Source: a virus (Duplodnaviria > Caudoviricetes). Taken from it: a stretch of 64,000 nucleotides of DNA. Below are positions 39,385-49,949 of the stretch, piece after piece (position 1 is the first letter of the stretch; the number at the start of each line of letters is the position of its first letter). The notes beneath the pieces are model-generated. The model was not told the origin of the DNA, ran no database searches, and saw nothing but the letters and a program-made list of their open reading frames with translations. Both the position numbers and the translations under genes were made by a program. The stretch lies in the IMG/VR virus record IMGVR_UViG_3300010391_000174, positions 773 through 64,772 of that record; one strand, 5' to 3'.

Positions 39385-42120
39385 ATGGCTGAATTCGTAT
39401 TTACCTCTCCGGGAGCAAAATTTAAAGAACGTGACTTAACATTTGTAACACGTAATGTGGGCATAACAACATTAGGTCTTGTGGGTGAAACATTAAAAGG
39501 TGCGGCTTTCGAACCCGTTTTCTCTCAAGATAAAACTCAGTTTGCTCAGAGATTTGGTGCACAAAGCACAAAAAGATTTTCAAATGGAAATCTACAATAT
39601 CAATTACCATATGTTGCCAATGCATATCTGGAAGAATCAAACCAATTATGGGTAACCAGAGTATTGGGTTTAAGTGGATATGAAGCGGGAACAGCATGGG
39701 CACTTACATTGAGTGCAGGTGTTGACCCAAGCACTGAAACTGGAACAACAGTAACTACAGGTGTAACATCTTTTACTGGTGGCTCATATTTAGGTGTTTC
39801 ATTAGGTTATGTTGGTCAAACTGGTTCAACATTTACCGGATATACCAAAGCTGCATATCCAAGTACTGATTTTCAAGGTGATTTACATGAATTTGTTGTA
39901 TTAACATTTACTGGTAGTACCAATAGTGGTACTGTTTTAGATACTCTAACAGTAATGACGGGTACATCATATGCAGCATATGAAAATATGGTGCTTGCCG
40001 TTATTAGAAGTAGAGGTTATGTTCAAGATAATCTAAATGCTACACCAACCACAATATTTGATGCTAATGTACTTCATATGAGTGGAAATTCTACAATTCT
40101 TGGTAGTGGTGATTTATTTGGTCAGTTCATTTTAAAAGCATCAAGTGGTGTTACTAATGAATTATATACTGCAACATTAAATCCAAATGCAAGTAGTTTC
40201 TTACCAAATGTAATTGGTTTAGAAGCGAAAGATAAGAACACAATGATTTGGATTCAAGCAATATATCCCGATTTAATTAAATATTTAGATGCAACTGGTA
40301 TTGGTTATGGTATTAACTCATCAATACTTAGTGGTGTGACATCTTTCTATACAAATTATAGAACACAATTCAAAACACCAGAAACTCCTTGGGTTGTATC
40401 TCAATTGAAGGGTAATAAGGTTGATAGATTGTTCAAATTCATTAGTGTTTCTGATGGTGATGCTGCAAACCAAGAAGTTAAAATTAGTATTACAAATATT
40501 AATCCAATTTCATTAGAATTTGATGTTGTTATTAGAAATTTCAATGATACTGATGATAATGTCGTAATATTAGAAACTTTCTCAAGATGTAATTTAACAA
40601 AAGGAACAAATGGTTATATAGCACAACGTATTGGTACATCCGATGGCGAATATGATTTACAGAGCAAATATATTATGGTAGAACTTGCAACAGATATTGC
40701 ACCTGATGTATTTCCTGCTGGTTTTGAGGGATATATGTTTAATAATTATGATACTGTCATAACTGGTGACGGTGATGGAATTGCTCCAAAAATTTTATAT
40801 AAAACATCATATAATACTGACGAAAAACTTAGAAAAGTATATTTGGGCGTATCAGAAAAGGGATATAGTACTGCAAATCTTGCTGGAACCGGAATTAATC
40901 AAAATTACTTTAATTTCAATGGTTTTGGTGCAACATCTGGTTTTACACAAACAGATGCTTTCCATATGGATATTGATGCAACTGGCGTTACATCATTTAA
41001 TGGTGCTGTTCAAGTTGGTGCTGGTAAATTTCAGACAGTTAGTGATGTTCTTGACCCAATAAATCCTTATTTTCAATTGATTTCAAGAAAATTCACATTT
41101 GTTCCCGCAGGAGGTTTTGATGGATGGGATATTAATAGAACCAGCCGTTCATATGATGACAACTATCGTCAAGGTGGTGTTTATGATGGCGTTAATGTTG
41201 GTGTAACACCAATGAATGACTTCCAAGCATGGGAAACCGCAATTAATACATTCAGTAATCCAGAAGAAGTTACAATTAATGTATTCGCAACTCCGGGTAT
41301 TAATTGGAGTGACCAGAATATCTTGGTTCAAGACACAATCGAAATGGTTGAAACACAAAGAACAGATAGTTTATATGTAATTGATTCACCTGATAGTACA
41401 ATTACACAAGTAATTGGTGAATCTAAAGTAGATGTTGTGGCAGCACAAGATATTGTTGATTTACTTGATGGAGCAGAAATTGATAGTAATTACTCTTGTA
41501 CTTATTTTCCTTGGATTCAAATAAGGGATACACAGAATAATGTTAATGTTTATATTCCACCAACAGGTGAAGTTGTAAAAGCAATAGCATTTACCGATAA
41601 TAAATCATTTCCTTGGTTTGCACCAGCAGGTTTAACTCGTGGTGTAACTGATGCAAGAAAATCAAAATATAAATTAAGTCTTGAAGCACGTGATATTCTT
41701 TATGCTGGTAGAATCAATCCATTGGCTGATTTTGCAGATGCAGGAACAGCAATTTTTGGACAGAAAACCTTACAAGTTAAAGAAAGTGCTTTGGATAGAA
41801 TTAATGTTCGTAGATTATTACTTCAGATTAAAGTTCTTATTGCAAATATTGCAATAAGACTTGTATTTGAACAGAACGACCAAGCAACAATTGACCAATT
41901 CTTACAAAAAGCAACTCCTGTTCTTGATACAATTAAGAGAGAAAGAGGCTTGTTTGAATTCAGAATTAAAATGGATGATAGTAATAATACACCAGAAAGT
42001 CGTGATAGAAATGAATTGTTTGGTGAAATTTTCTTAAAACCAACACGTTCTCTTGAATTTATTGGTATTACGTTTACAATTACTCCATCTGGAGCATCGT
42101 TTGCAGATGTTGGTGCATAA
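39385..42120 (+). CDS. Tail sheath protein (gp18-like)
   Basis: FTSPG, WFAPAGLTRG, RINP, FGQKTL, RINVRRLL, FEQND, PTRSLEFI. Confidence 0.97.
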   Translation: MAEFVFTSPGAKFKERDLTFVTRNVGITTLGLVGETLKGAAFEPVFSQDKTQFAQRFGAQSTKRFSNGNLQYQLPYVANAYLEESNQLWVTRVLGLSGYEAGTAWALTLSAGVDPSTETGTTVTTGVTSFTGGSYLGVSLGYVGQTGSTFTGYTKAAYPSTDFQGDLHEFVVLTFTGSTNSGTVLDTLTVMTGTSYAAYENMVLAVIRSRGYVQDNLNATPTTIFDANVLHMSGNSTILGSGDLFGQFILKASSGVTNELYTATLNPNASSFLPNVIGLEAKDKNTMIWIQAIYPDLIKYLDATGIGYGINSSILSGVTSFYTNYRTQFKTPETPWVVSQLKGNKVDRLFKFISVSDGDAANQEVKISITNINPISLEFDVVIRNFNDTDDNVVILETFSRCNLTKGTNGYIAQRIGTSDGEYDLQSKYIMVELATDIAPDVFPAGFEGYMFNNYDTVITGDGDGIAPKILYKTSYNTDEKLRKVYLGVSEKGYSTANLAGTGINQNYFNFNGFGATSGFTQTDAFHMDIDATGVTSFNGAVQVGAGKFQTVSDVLDPINPYFQLISRKFTFVPAGGFDGWDINRTSRSYDDNYRQGGVYDGVNVGVTPMNDFQAWETAINTFSNPEEVTINVFATPGINWSDQNILVQDTIEMVETQRTDSLYVIDSPDSTITQVIGESKVDVVAAQDIVDLLDGAEIDSNYSCTYFPWIQIRDTQNNVNVYIPPTGEVVKAIAFTDNKSFPWFAPAGLTRGVTDARKSKYKLSLEARDILYAGRINPLADFADAGTAIFGQKTLQVKESALDRINVRRLLLQIKVLIANIAIRLVFEQNDQATIDQFLQKATPVLDTIKRERGLFEFRIKMDDSNNTPESRDRNELFGEIFLKPTRSLEFIGITFTITPSGASFADVGA

Positions 42121-42136
42121 TATAAATTTAAAATGT

Positions 42137-42169
42137 AAAAAGACCCACATTTTTTGCGGGTCTTTTTTT
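42137..42169 (+). terminator. Terminator after sheath
   Basis: aaaagaccc...gggtctttttt. Confidence 0.75.
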
Positions 42170-42253
42170 ACTTTTCTTTATATGTGTAGTTTTTAATTAT
42201 GGGAGTATTTATGATAAAATAAAAATAAGTTTTACTATTAAACAAATAAGAAC

Positions 42254-42745
42254 ATGGCAGGAGAAATGATAAGGGGTATCCCATTTGAATATGAACCATT
42301 AAGAGTTAATAGATTCTTTGCTGAATTTGCAGATGAATTAGGAATTGAAGTATGGAAAGTACAGAAATTTAAAAGACCTTCAATGAAAATTAATTCAGTT
42401 CCTATTCAGTTCATGAACGAACAAAACTATGTTGCAGGAAGATATACTTGGGACACAATGTCGGTTACATTCCTTGACCCAATTGGTCCTTCAACATCAC
42501 AGCAATTAATGGAATGGGTTCGTTTACACGCTGAATCTCTAACTGGTCGTATGGGTTATAAAGCAGGATATGCAAAAAACATATTGTTAAAAGCAGTAGA
42601 CCCAACAGGCGTAGAAGTACAGAAATGGTTTTTGGAACAATGTATGATTGTATCGATTGATTTCGGTGACAATGATTATACTAATGATGAATTAACAAAT
42701 ATTAGTTTGGAGTTGCAGCCTTGGCGCTGTATATTAAACATTTAG
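42254..42745 (+). CDS. Tail tube protein (gp19-like)
   Basis: EPLRVNRF, AGRYTWD, LDPI, MEWVR; follows sheath. Confidence 0.9.
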   Translation: MAGEMIRGIPFEYEPLRVNRFFAEFADELGIEVWKVQKFKRPSMKINSVPIQFMNEQNYVAGRYTWDTMSVTFLDPIGPSTSQQLMEWVRLHAESLTGRMGYKAGYAKNILLKAVDPTGVEVQKWFLEQCMIVSIDFGDNDYTNDELTNISLELQPWRCILNI

Positions 42746-42826
42746 GTGGTGTTATTGAAAGCAATCCTTTAAGATTAAGTCACAAAGTTTCTATAATTTT
42801 GTGACTTATTTTTTAAATTCATTTAA

Positions 42827-43456
42827 ATGATTAAAACTGGAATTTATAAAATATTGAATAAAATAAATGGTAAAGTATATATTGGCAGTGCCACTGATAT
42901 TGCTAAAAGATGGCGTGACCATAAATGGCATTTAAATCATAATAAATAACATAATTCACATTTACAATCAGCGTGGAATAAATATGGTAGAGATTCTTTT
43001 GAATTTTCAATAGTTTTAGAATGTACGATTGATGAATTGTTAACTAAAGAAAAAGAAATAATATTGGAGTATGATACTTTTGATAATAATCACGGTTATA
43101 ATGTTAATGACCCTGAACATGTGTTTTTAAATAGAAAACATAGTAATATTACCAAAGAGAAATTATCGAAACAAAAGATGGGTGAAAAGAATCCAATGTA
43201 TGGTAAATGTGGTAATAAGCACCCAAATTTCAATAAAAAATTTTCAACTGAAATTAGAAACAAAATGTCTTTAAGTCATATTGGAATTCCAACTAATAGA
43301 AGAACTCATTCAAAGCTGACAATAGAAAATGTAATCGACATACGTAAAATGTATCATGAAGACAAAGTTTCACAACCAAAAATTGCTGAAATTTTCAACG
43401 TATCATATACAGCAATCAATAAAATAATAATGAAAAAAATGTGGGCGCAAATATGA
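42827..43456 (+). pseudogene. GIY-YIG homing endonuclease with in-frame TAA
   Basis: MIKTGIYKILNKINGKVYIGSATDIAKRWRDHKWHLNHNK*HNSHLQSAWNKYG; TAA at 42947-42949; in frame with track ORF 43037..43456. Confidence 0.85.
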
Positions 43457-44248
43457 TTATGCTGCTAAATTAGCAATTCTTTCATTAATCAAAAGATTAA
43501 TATAATACTTTCTATCTTTTGTTTCAATAATTTGATAATTATCGTTGTTATGTGAAAACCATACTATATACGATTTTCCGAGTTTAATTGATGTATTTCT
43601 TTCAATTATTTGTTTATACAATTCTAATTGCAGTGAATAAATTTCTAAATCACAATCTTCAAGTATACACAAATCTCCAAGCAAATGTCTGCTTTTCATT
43701 TCAAACGTAAAATCTTTATTACTTTTCCAATCATAAATTTGGAATTCACGTGCTCTTATGTTATAAAATAACATATCAAGCATTCCAGCAATAAGTGATT
43801 CTCGGTCATAAATAACAAATTCGGTTTTAATTGGAATTAATTTTCCCTGAGAATCACTATAAAAACTATCAACATGTTTTTTCGTTATATTATATTCATT
43901 CCAAACAGGGTCGAATCCGAATTCATTTAAAATTATTTGTTTTGGATATTCGAAATTTTTATTTTGAAATAAATTTTCAGCATAATCATGTATTGCAGAA
44001 CCTTTTATAGTACCTTTTTTATTAATAAAATTCCATGCTCTAAGAATTTCTTTTTGTGTAACATGAAATTGTTCACTTTTATAATTTGACCAATAATCTT
44101 CATTAAATTCTTCCTGATACTTATGAATCAGTGTTGTAACCGAAATTAATTCTTTATTATTAAGAAAATACTTATGTGGTTCGTCATAAAATGTAATATC
44201 ATTAAATGCCGTGAATAATTCATTAGGTATTATTATTTGAGAATCCAT
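43457..44248 (-). CDS. PD-(D/E)XK exonuclease (RecB/Cas4-like)
   Basis: SVTT, KGSAIH, AGMLD, IYDWKS, YSLQL..Y. Confidence 0.85.
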   Translation of the reverse strand: MDSQIIIPNELFTAFNDITFYDEPHKYFLNNKELISVTTLIHKYQEEFNEDYWSNYKSEQFHVTQKEILRAWNFINKKGTIKGSAIHDYAENLFQNKNFEYPKQIILNEFGFDPVWNEYNITKKHVDSFYSDSQGKLIPIKTEFVIYDRESLIAGMLDMLFYNIRAREFQIYDWKSNKDFTFEMKSRHLLGDLCILEDCDLEIYSLQLELYKQIIERNTSIKLGKSYIVWFSHNNDNYQIIETKDRKYYINLLINERIANLAA

Positions 44249-44269
44249 GATGGACAAATATACAAAATT

Positions 44270-45157
44270 TTAATTAATTATAATATTGTTTTGTAAAATT
44301 GCCTCAAAATTAATATTTTCCAAATCCCTTATTATTGAATTTTTATCTGCAGGTAAATTAGAATAGCCATGAATATGTGTGATAAGTGCATTACGAACAA
44401 TATTTAATGCTTCAACAAGAACATCGCCCCTTGCAATTGGATGACCCTCATCAAAAATTCTTTTTCTATCGTCATTATTTAGCCTTGCTGCTTTAAATTG
44501 TGGATTTCCACTATGTGATATTAAAGCAATTTTATCGCTCATTATAAGTGTATTGCTTTGATATTCACCAGTATTGTTTTGTTGTTCATAAATAAGACTT
44601 ATTTCGGCAGGATTTTTAACATTAAGTTTTAATATATCATCAACTTCATGCTTACCTGCTCGAATATGAACTTCGTTTATGCGCAAAATAACATCAGTGT
44701 TTACTTTACCAATAATTGCCACATCGCTTTTTAATGGAAATACGCCATCAGCATCAGGATATGTTGAAACTGCTGGTTCAGGATTTGTGATTGCAACATT
44801 TGTTGTTGAGAGTGCGGTATATACAGAATCATATCCAACTTTTTGTAGTTGTGAAATAATACTACCAAGCCAATATCGACTTCTTTGAGGATATTTAATA
44901 TCTTCAATAAAAATTCTAACCATTTCACCAACTTGTGGACAGACATAAAAAAATTTAGGTAATAATGGATAGCACCAAGGTAAATCGGAATTTCCTGTTC
45001 TATTATCTAATTCCGGTATTTTTACTTTAATCATTCCCCCATCTGTCAAATCATCAATAGATATTACTTCACCATAATATATTGTTTTATTTAGTTCATA
45101 TTTGGTGGTCTTTTTGAAAGGATTTGATGTTTGTATTATTGGTTTATCGTATGACAT
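44270..45157 (-). CDS. Baseplate spike (gp5/gpV-like)
   Basis: N-terminal OB fold (GEVISIDD..G.IKVKIPELD..LPWC..PQVGE), C-terminal THIH. Confidence 0.75.
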   Translation of the reverse strand: MSYDKPIIQTSNPFKKTTKYELNKTIYYGEVISIDDLTDGGMIKVKIPELDNRTGNSDLPWCYPLLPKFFYVCPQVGEMVRIFIEDIKYPQRSRYWLGSIISQLQKVGYDSVYTALSTTNVAITNPEPAVSTYPDADGVFPLKSDVAIIGKVNTDVILRINEVHIRAGKHEVDDILKLNVKNPAEISLIYEQQNNTGEYQSNTLIMSDKIALISHSGNPQFKAARLNNDDRKRIFDEGHPIARGDVLVEALNIVRNALITHIHGYSNLPADKNSIIRDLENINFEAILQNNIIIN

Positions 45158-45363
45158 TATCTTTTACTTATTTCCTCAATCAATTCAACATAATTTTTTT
45201 CAAGTTCGGTTAAAATTTCTAAATCATCATTAATTTTTTTTTCGATTTCATCGACTTCTATTGTATGGTTAATAATTCCTTGCTTTAATGTGTCATGTTT
45301 TATTTTAACATCATTAATCATTTTAAGTAATTCAGTTGGTGAATATTTAGATAAATCTCCCAT
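45157..45363 (-). CDS. Small coiled-coil protein
   Basis: ORF track. Confidence 0.55.
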   Translation of the reverse strand: MGDLSKYSPTELLKMINDVKIKHDTLKQGIINHTIEVDEIEKKINDDLEILTELEKNYVELIEEISKR

Positions 45364-45770
45364 TATTGTGCAACTCCATAACCTTTAGCATAATATATTG
45401 TTGAACCAAATACCGAAACAGGTCCTGTTGGTGAAATACCTGCAGCCGTTATGGTAATTCCCGGTGGTACTGCCACAGTAATTATCATCTCTTGTTGAAT
45501 TGCTTTAACAATTTCTTCAATTCTAATTCTTTCCATTATTTCATCTGGTGCAACACCGCCAGATGGCAATACGCCAACAGGTAATCCGGCTTCACTTTTT
45601 CTGGCAATAATGCGTGAAGCAATCTTAGTGGGTGATAATCCCGGACGTTTTGAAACACCAACCAATATAAGTGGTGCTGGTATGGGAGGAACACCGCCAA
45701 CTGAAGAAAGTTTCAATATTTTATCAAAACCACCAACAATTGCATCAACATTATTAAAATCTATTGACAT
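45363..45770 (-). CDS. Hypothetical Pro/Gly-rich baseplate-region protein
   Basis: ORF track, operon context. Confidence 0.55.
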   Translation of the reverse strand: MSIDFNNVDAIVGGFDKILKLSSVGGVPPIPAPLILVGVSKRPGLSPTKIASRIIARKSEAGLPVGVLPSGGVAPDEIMERIRIEEIVKAIQQEMIITVAVPPGITITAAGISPTGPVSVFGSTIYYAKGYGVAQ

Positions 45771-45773
45771 ATT

Positions 45774-46028
45774 TTATTTCTTACTAAAGTCTTTATTTAA
45801 AAATTCAATCAAATTTGCTTTATTTTTTACATCTTGTGCAATTTTAATTTTTTCTTGATTTATTTTTAATTCGGTAATATTTATCCATTTCCAACCTAAA
45901 AACCATCTTGTCATCAATATTCTGAACCAATTTGGTTTAGATGTTGTTGCGAGTTGTGTGCCATCTACACTACCATCAATGAGATAAACACCAACAAACT
46001 GTTTGTTTAATTTCTGGTCTACTATCAT
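45774..46028 (-). CDS. Hypothetical protein
   Basis: KPNWFRILMTRWFLGWKW. Confidence 0.55.
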   Translation of the reverse strand: MIVDQKLNKQFVGVYLIDGSVDGTQLATTSKPNWFRILMTRWFLGWKWINITELKINQEKIKIAQDVKNKANLIEFLNKDFSKK

Positions 46029-46032
46029 AATT

Positions 46033-47337
46033 TTAACTTATTAAGCTTTTTATTATACCTACGTACTGATTTATTTTTTCTCGAATTATTGTTTTTATTA
46101 TTGGTGCAATCAATGCAATTAAAAATGTAACAACTAAATTGAAGATGAATTCATTTATCATTTTCATCGCTTCTTTTATAATACAATTTAAAAATATTTT
46201 AAATTTTTTCAAATCATCTTTTGGATTACCTATTTGAACCACACCATTGTTTTCGAAAGCACTTATTATTACAAGAAGTGCTCTAATTTGTGGTGATACT
46301 GTCACTGCTTGTGCCAATATATTTGTAATTGCTTTTATTAATCTCTGAAAAAATCCATCTTTAATTGTTGCTTTATTTTCATCTGCAGTTTCTTGTATAC
46401 CAGTAGTACTTTTATCAATAGTTGCTTCAACAAGATTACCAACTGCAAAACTATCTGTTGACCCAGATATTTGTGCAATAAGATTTGTCATACCACTTAA
46501 GGGTAGTGTTGCACCAATTACACCACAACCCATATCATAATAAACAATACCATCAACTAATTCTTTTGCTTTTTGTAATAATGCATCAAATTCATCTTGA
46601 GTAATTTCAAATGTATCCTTATCATTAATTAATTGCTCAATTAATTTTGATATTTGTAATTCTTGATATATTTGTTCAACTGTTTTGCCTTGACTTGCAC
46701 TAACACTACCATAAACAGCATTCATTGTGTTTGTTAAAAATTCTTTTTTATTAATAATAACCGCATCATCAACAAAATCACCCATCCAATTGCCAATAGT
46801 TCCGCTTGATGAAGCAATAGTTGGTTTGAAAATGAAACTATCACTTGGTGCATTATAGTTGATAATCATGTTATTATATATTGTATCAGTACCTGCATTT
46901 TGAATTGCTTGACGTGCCGAGTTATCAAAACTTGGTTGTGATGTATCATATAGTAAACTACCGCCTTGTGATGTTGGACTTGTTTTAAATTTTCCATAAA
47001 TATCTATATTTTTAACCGGTACTGAAATACCTGTTGTTTTAAAATATGTTGGAAGTCCATCACCAGCATTATATTGAATCGTTTGTTTTTTAATTGAAGT
47101 TTTTAATTGAGGTTCCACATTATCAATAAAATTGGTAAATAATTCGCCTGTAAGTTGTTTTAGTGCGTCTGAACCAACAACAGTTTTAAGTACGTCAAGC
47201 AAAAATGGAACTACGTCCTTTTTATTATTAACTGATGGATATAAATTGGTCGTATTGGGCAATTTTCTTTCCTGTTTTAAAGAAGTATATGCACTAATCG
47301 TAGTAAAAACGTTTTTTTTATTATCCATTAAACTCAT
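46033..47337 (-). CDS. Hypothetical late protein
   Basis: 434-aa ORF in late operon. Confidence 0.6.
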   Translation of the reverse strand: MSLMDNKKNVFTTISAYTSLKQERKLPNTTNLYPSVNNKKDVVPFLLDVLKTVVGSDALKQLTGELFTNFIDNVEPQLKTSIKKQTIQYNAGDGLPTYFKTTGISVPVKNIDIYGKFKTSPTSQGGSLLYDTSQPSFDNSARQAIQNAGTDTIYNNMIINYNAPSDSFIFKPTIASSSGTIGNWMGDFVDDAVIINKKEFLTNTMNAVYGSVSASQGKTVEQIYQELQISKLIEQLINDKDTFEITQDEFDALLQKAKELVDGIVYYDMGCGVIGATLPLSGMTNLIAQISGSTDSFAVGNLVEATIDKSTTGIQETADENKATIKDGFFQRLIKAITNILAQAVTVSPQIRALLVIISAFENNGVVQIGNPKDDLKKFKIFLNCIIKEAMKMINEFIFNLVVTFLIALIAPIIKTIIREKINQYVGIIKSLIS

Positions 47338-47342
47338 TACTA

Positions 47343-47726
47343 TTATTTATTTTTTTCTTTTTTTTCGAGTTCTTGTTGAACAAAATTTAATAATTCTAAT
47401 CTTGTATCACTTGTAATTACTTCACTTTCTTCTGACTTATTGAGAGATACAATACCACCAGCATTTGTCTTGTTTCCAAATACAGCATCATTTAAAAGTT
47501 TAAGTAATGCAATTTTTTGGTCTTGATTTTTGGCTTCTGCACCAATAAGTTTAACAATTTGGTCACCAATTGCTGCAATTTCACCACCTTCTTTTACTTT
47601 TAATTCCCATTTTGTGAAAAGTCTGACAATTTTTGCTTTAATGTTATGAGATTCGTTGTAAATTTCTTGAAAAAGATTATTTACACTTTCTTCATCTAAT
47701 TTTATTTTTTTTCTGTGTGGTCTCAT
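47343..47726 (-). CDS. Helical protein, possible terminase small subunit
   Basis: 127-aa helical; late motif at 47798-47805; function is only a guess. Confidence 0.35.
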   Translation of the reverse strand: MRPHRKKIKLDEESVNNLFQEIYNESHNIKAKIVRLFTKWELKVKEGGEIAAIGDQIVKLIGAEAKNQDQKIALLKLLNDAVFGNKTNAGGIVSLNKSEESEVITSDTRLELLNFVQQELEKKEKNK

Positions 47727-47807
47727 ATGCTTTTAATATGTTTTTTGTTCTTCTATAATTATTTTTACCAATATATTATTTATGGTTTTAGTACATATAA
47801 ATACACA

Positions 47808-48305
47808 TTATTTAGAATTTATAATCCATACATCAATAATACCATTATATTTCAAAATATTACTTAATGGATATTTTAAAATTTTTTCATATTCAGGATT
47901 GGGGTCATGTACAACGTTGAAATCTTTATCGATAATTACTGCATGTGTGGTATTATTACTCCAAGTAAAATTTTTTGGAGATAATACGCTTGCAAAAAAT
48001 AATCCATTGATTCCCTTTTCCTTATATAAACATTTTTTTGTTATTATTGAACGTCTATGCCATCTTTCTGATTTAAAACATTGGTCTGTTGGATGCCATA
48101 ATGTAGTATAATTTCTATTGTGTCGCATTCCGTGATATTCGGCATCATGTTCTTTAACGAAATTATATAATAATGAAAACCAACCATCTTTACATTCAAT
48201 AAATTCAGGTATTACTTCAAGCGGTAAATCAAAAAGACTGGCAATTACTGCTTGCATACAATTGCCATGTCCTTTATCAATAATAGTTTGATAAATTTTA
48301 ATCAT
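47808..48305 (-). CDS. C39-like cysteine peptidase fold protein
   Basis: GNCMQAVIASL..THAVII..HDPNP. Confidence 0.55.
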   Translation of the reverse strand: MIKIYQTIIDKGHGNCMQAVIASLFDLPLEVIPEFIECKDGWFSLLYNFVKEHDAEYHGMRHNRNYTTLWHPTDQCFKSERWHRRSIITKKCLYKEKGINGLFFASVLSPKNFTWSNNTTHAVIIDKDFNVVHDPNPEYEKILKYPLSNILKYNGIIDVWIINSK

Positions 48306-49058
48306 TTAGTCTTCCAGATAATCGATTTTTTCTATAAAATAAATATCTTTAAATGGTTTAATCGCAATTCTAATTTCCTTTGTACTCAAACCAGTCTGTT
48401 CCTTCAGAAATAACAAAATTTTATTCTTAGCGAATTTATTTGTGACTCTTTTAGCATATTTTCCTTCGGGACTGTCTTCCATAAACAATATGTGCCAGTT
48501 TTTTAAAACATTAACAATGGCATCTCCAACAATAATTTCATTTTTTTTCATTGTTATATCATCATCAATTCTGATTTCAATTTTATCGACAACATTATTT
48601 ATTAATTCTTCAAGATGATATTGATTTTCCATTTCAATTTCATATGAATATTCAATATTTTCATTGATTTCATCAACATAATCATCGTAAGAAAGATTAA
48701 TTTTTTTTTCAGTATAGCTCCTTCTACCGTGGTCTTTAAAATAATTTCGAATTATTGTTTGACAATAACTATATGCTTTTGTTTTATTTCCCATTTTACC
48801 AATTTTATTGGGATTAAATTTAATCATGTGTTCGATTAAATGTGTGAGAGCATTTTCTTCAACTTCTTCCATAGTATAATTTCCAATATGAATTGGGTAT
48901 CGTCTTAATATGGATTGTATCATTTTACGAAAAGGTTCAATTAGTATTTCATTATAAATTCTATTCTTTTCTTCAGCAAAATTAGAATTAATATAATTTA
49001 TTACTGCTTGTTCTTCTTTTTCCGCAAAATACGGTATGTTTATTTCAGTTTCTTTCAT
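48306..49058 (-). CDS. Phage sigma factor (gp55-like, late)
   Basis: Region-2-like KFNPNK..KAYSYCQTIIRNY. Confidence 0.65.
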   Translation of the reverse strand: MKETEINIPYFAEKEEQAVINYINSNFAEEKNRIYNEILIEPFRKMIQSILRRYPIHIGNYTMEEVEENALTHLIEHMIKFNPNKIGKMGNKTKAYSYCQTIIRNYFKDHGRRSYTEKKINLSYDDYVDEINENIEYSYEIEMENQYHLEELINNVVDKIEIRIDDDITMKKNEIIVGDAIVNVLKNWHILFMEDSPEGKYAKRVTNKFAKNKILLFLKEQTGLSTKEIRIAIKPFKDIYFIEKIDYLED

Positions 49059-49095
49059 TTATTATAAATCAATACATATAGATTATTTATAATAA

Positions 49096-49947
49096 CTATT
49101 TTTGAAGTCTTGATATATCAATTGTTCTGTCATTGACAAAATTTGCTTCTTTTGTTGCTGTTTCAAACCAAAATTTTCTTTCATTAATTGGCATTGTTTT
49201 TTGATACATATTAAAAAGACTTCCCTCACGAGTTGCAAGATGTTTGTAACCAATCTTGGGTATCGTAAAAATCTTACACGCATTATTTAATGCTCTAAGC
49301 AAGAACTCATACATAAAGGTTAATTTAATATTTGATTTATATTTACCAAGGTTTTCAAATTCAGATTTTTTAATAACAGCACCTGATAATTTAAAATCAG
49401 TATATTGTTTAAGTGCATTAGCATTTAAATAACCCATTTCACCATTTTCACCAACAAATTGTTGTGCCCAAACAGTTTCATTAGTTAATTTAATACCTTC
49501 ATTTTTATTATTGACTTCAATCATCATGCTTAAAAAAACATCAATATCTGGATATGCTTCAACATGTTGACACGCATTTTTGAAAAATGTGGTACTATAT
49601 TCATCATCAAATTCAAGTACAGTAAAATATTCAGTTTTTACTGTATCAACACCCATATTAACCTGTGACTGATAATCAGTCTTACCTTCGTGATTTACAA
49701 GTCTTAATTTTAATGTATCATTTTTTTTCTCCATAGAGAAAATAGATTCTTGATATTTACTACAATATTCAATTAGTCCATCTAAACCAAGTGGAGATAC
49801 GATTAAAACCTCTGGTAACTCACTAATACCTTCTTGTTTAACTATTGATTCAATTGCTTTATCTAAGTATCCAGCAACTACTTTATTAAATTCGTGTACT
49901 GGAATTATTACTGATATATTCATTATTATATTTTTATTTAAAATCAT
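49096..49947 (-). CDS. Glycosyltransferase family 2-like
   Basis: ISVIIPVH, LEFDD. Confidence 0.8.
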   Translation of the reverse strand: MILNKNIIMNISVIIPVHEFNKVVAGYLDKAIESIVKQEGISELPEVLIVSPLGLDGLIEYCSKYQESIFSMEKKNDTLKLRLVNHEGKTDYQSQVNMGVDTVKTEYFTVLEFDDEYSTTFFKNACQHVEAYPDIDVFLSMMIEVNNKNEGIKLTNETVWAQQFVGENGEMGYLNANALKQYTDFKLSGAVIKKSEFENLGKYKSNIKLTFMYEFLLRALNNACKIFTIPKIGYKHLATREGSLFNMYQKTMPINERKFWFETATKEANFVNDRTIDISRLQK

Positions 49948-49949
49948 TA

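Noticed and set aside
39100-39385. A-tract-rich intergenic region with inverted ends
   Set aside because: Explained by two divergent late promoters and AT-rich leaders
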